Positions 25,721 through 26,326 of a stretch of DNA of 26,326 bases are shown one piece after another. Under the pieces are notes generated by a model. The model was not told the origin of the DNA, did not search any database, and saw nothing but the letters and a program-made list of their open reading frames with translations. The stretch covers positions 1-26,326 of the forward strand of contig JANOTL010000003.1 of NCBI GenBank assembly GCA_031416315.1, given 5' to 3'. How positions within the stretch are numbered: position 1 is the first letter of the stretch; the number at the start of each line of letters is the position of its first letter. A program made the translations under genes and the position numbers. This DNA is from Pseudomonadota bacterium. GTDB taxonomy: Bacteria > Bdellovibrionota_B > Oligoflexia > Oligoflexales > CAIYRB01.

Positions 25721-26152
25721 ATGCGACCGACCACATTGCTTTTCCTTTGTGTGCGGAACTCGGCGCGGAGCCAGATTGCCGAGGGCATGGCGCGCAAGCT
25801 GTTCGGCTCGAAGATCGAGGCGCGCAGCGCCGGCTCGGAGCCGAGCTTCGTGCACCCCCTGACCGCGCGCGTCCTCCGCGAGAAGGACGTCGACGCCGGC
25901 CTGCAACGCTCGAAGCCGATGGCCACGGTGACGAAGCATGACGTCGACTACGTCATCAGGCTATGCGACGAGGAAGTCTGCCCAACCGAGCCCTTGCCGG
26001 AACGCGTGACGCGCCTCCATTGGCCGATCCCCGATCCGATCGCGCCAGTCGACGGCGAGGACTACGGCAAGCAGCTCGAGCGCTTCCGCGCCACTCGGGA
26101 AGACATCGAAGCCAGGCTCCGACGTTTTGGCGAAGAGCAAAAACTCTTCTGA
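25721..26152 (+). CDS. arsC: Arsenate reductase, LMW-PTP (thioredoxin-coupled) type
   Basis: LFLCVRNSARSQIAEG (CX5R), SAGSEP, second Cys pair LCDEEVCP, HWPIPDP, FRATREDI. Confidence 0.85.
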   Translation: MRPTTLLFLCVRNSARSQIAEGMARKLFGSKIEARSAGSEPSFVHPLTARVLREKDVDAGLQRSKPMATVTKHDVDYVIRLCDEEVCPTEPLPERVTRLHWPIPDPIAPVDGEDYGKQLERFRATREDIEARLRRFGEEQKLF

Positions 26153-26326
26153 GCCCGCCGGGAGCTCACTCTTTCAGAACTGGCCGCCTTCGCTGTTGCC
26201 AAGCGGTCTGCAAGACCGGGAATTGAATGGTGGAACGGCCGGATGATCGGGATGTCCGGCACCGACGGCCGGATGTCGTTGGCCATTTTCAGGACTCGGG
26301 CGTAGCTGTTGCTACGTGAAATACAT

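Noticed and set aside
26062..26326. Minus-strand open frame entering from the right edge
   Set aside because: Overlaps arsC by about 90 nt and has no recognisable motif; cannot be supported without flanking sequence.

Overview
High-GC bacterial chromosomal segment, rich in secreted and lipoprotein hypotheticals in a style suggestive of Bdellovibrionota/Oligoflexia or Myxococcota (inference only). About 32 probable CDS; no rRNA, tRNA, CRISPR array or mobile element is visible. In order: (1) a minus-strand operon of an atypical acyl-CoA-dehydrogenase-fold flavoprotein, a signal-less PhnD-like protein and a TusA-like-domain protein running off the left edge; (2) a 5'-truncated msrA; (3) a secreted HExxH metalloprotease; (4) an atypical ECF-like sigma factor with a coupled small partner; (5) a B12-binding radical SAM protein; (6) two head-to-head HAD hydrolases only 17 bp apart, one fused to a VF530 domain; (7) Tat-exported PhoD; (8) several lipoproteins and a secreted protein with a 15-bp tandem repeat; (9) a DEAD-box helicase with a structured upstream leader; (10) a lysophospholipase; (11) a probably leaderless, autoregulated MarR-GNAT gene; (12) an operon of ECF sigma, membrane anti-sigma, exported caspase with a beta-barrel-like tail and a large lipoprotein; (13) a stand-alone arsC. 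The two best candidate uncharacterised systems are the sigma/anti-sigma/caspase envelope-signalling operon and the ACAD-fold/PhnD-fold/TusA-like operon. All family assignments are by eye from motifs; no searches were run.
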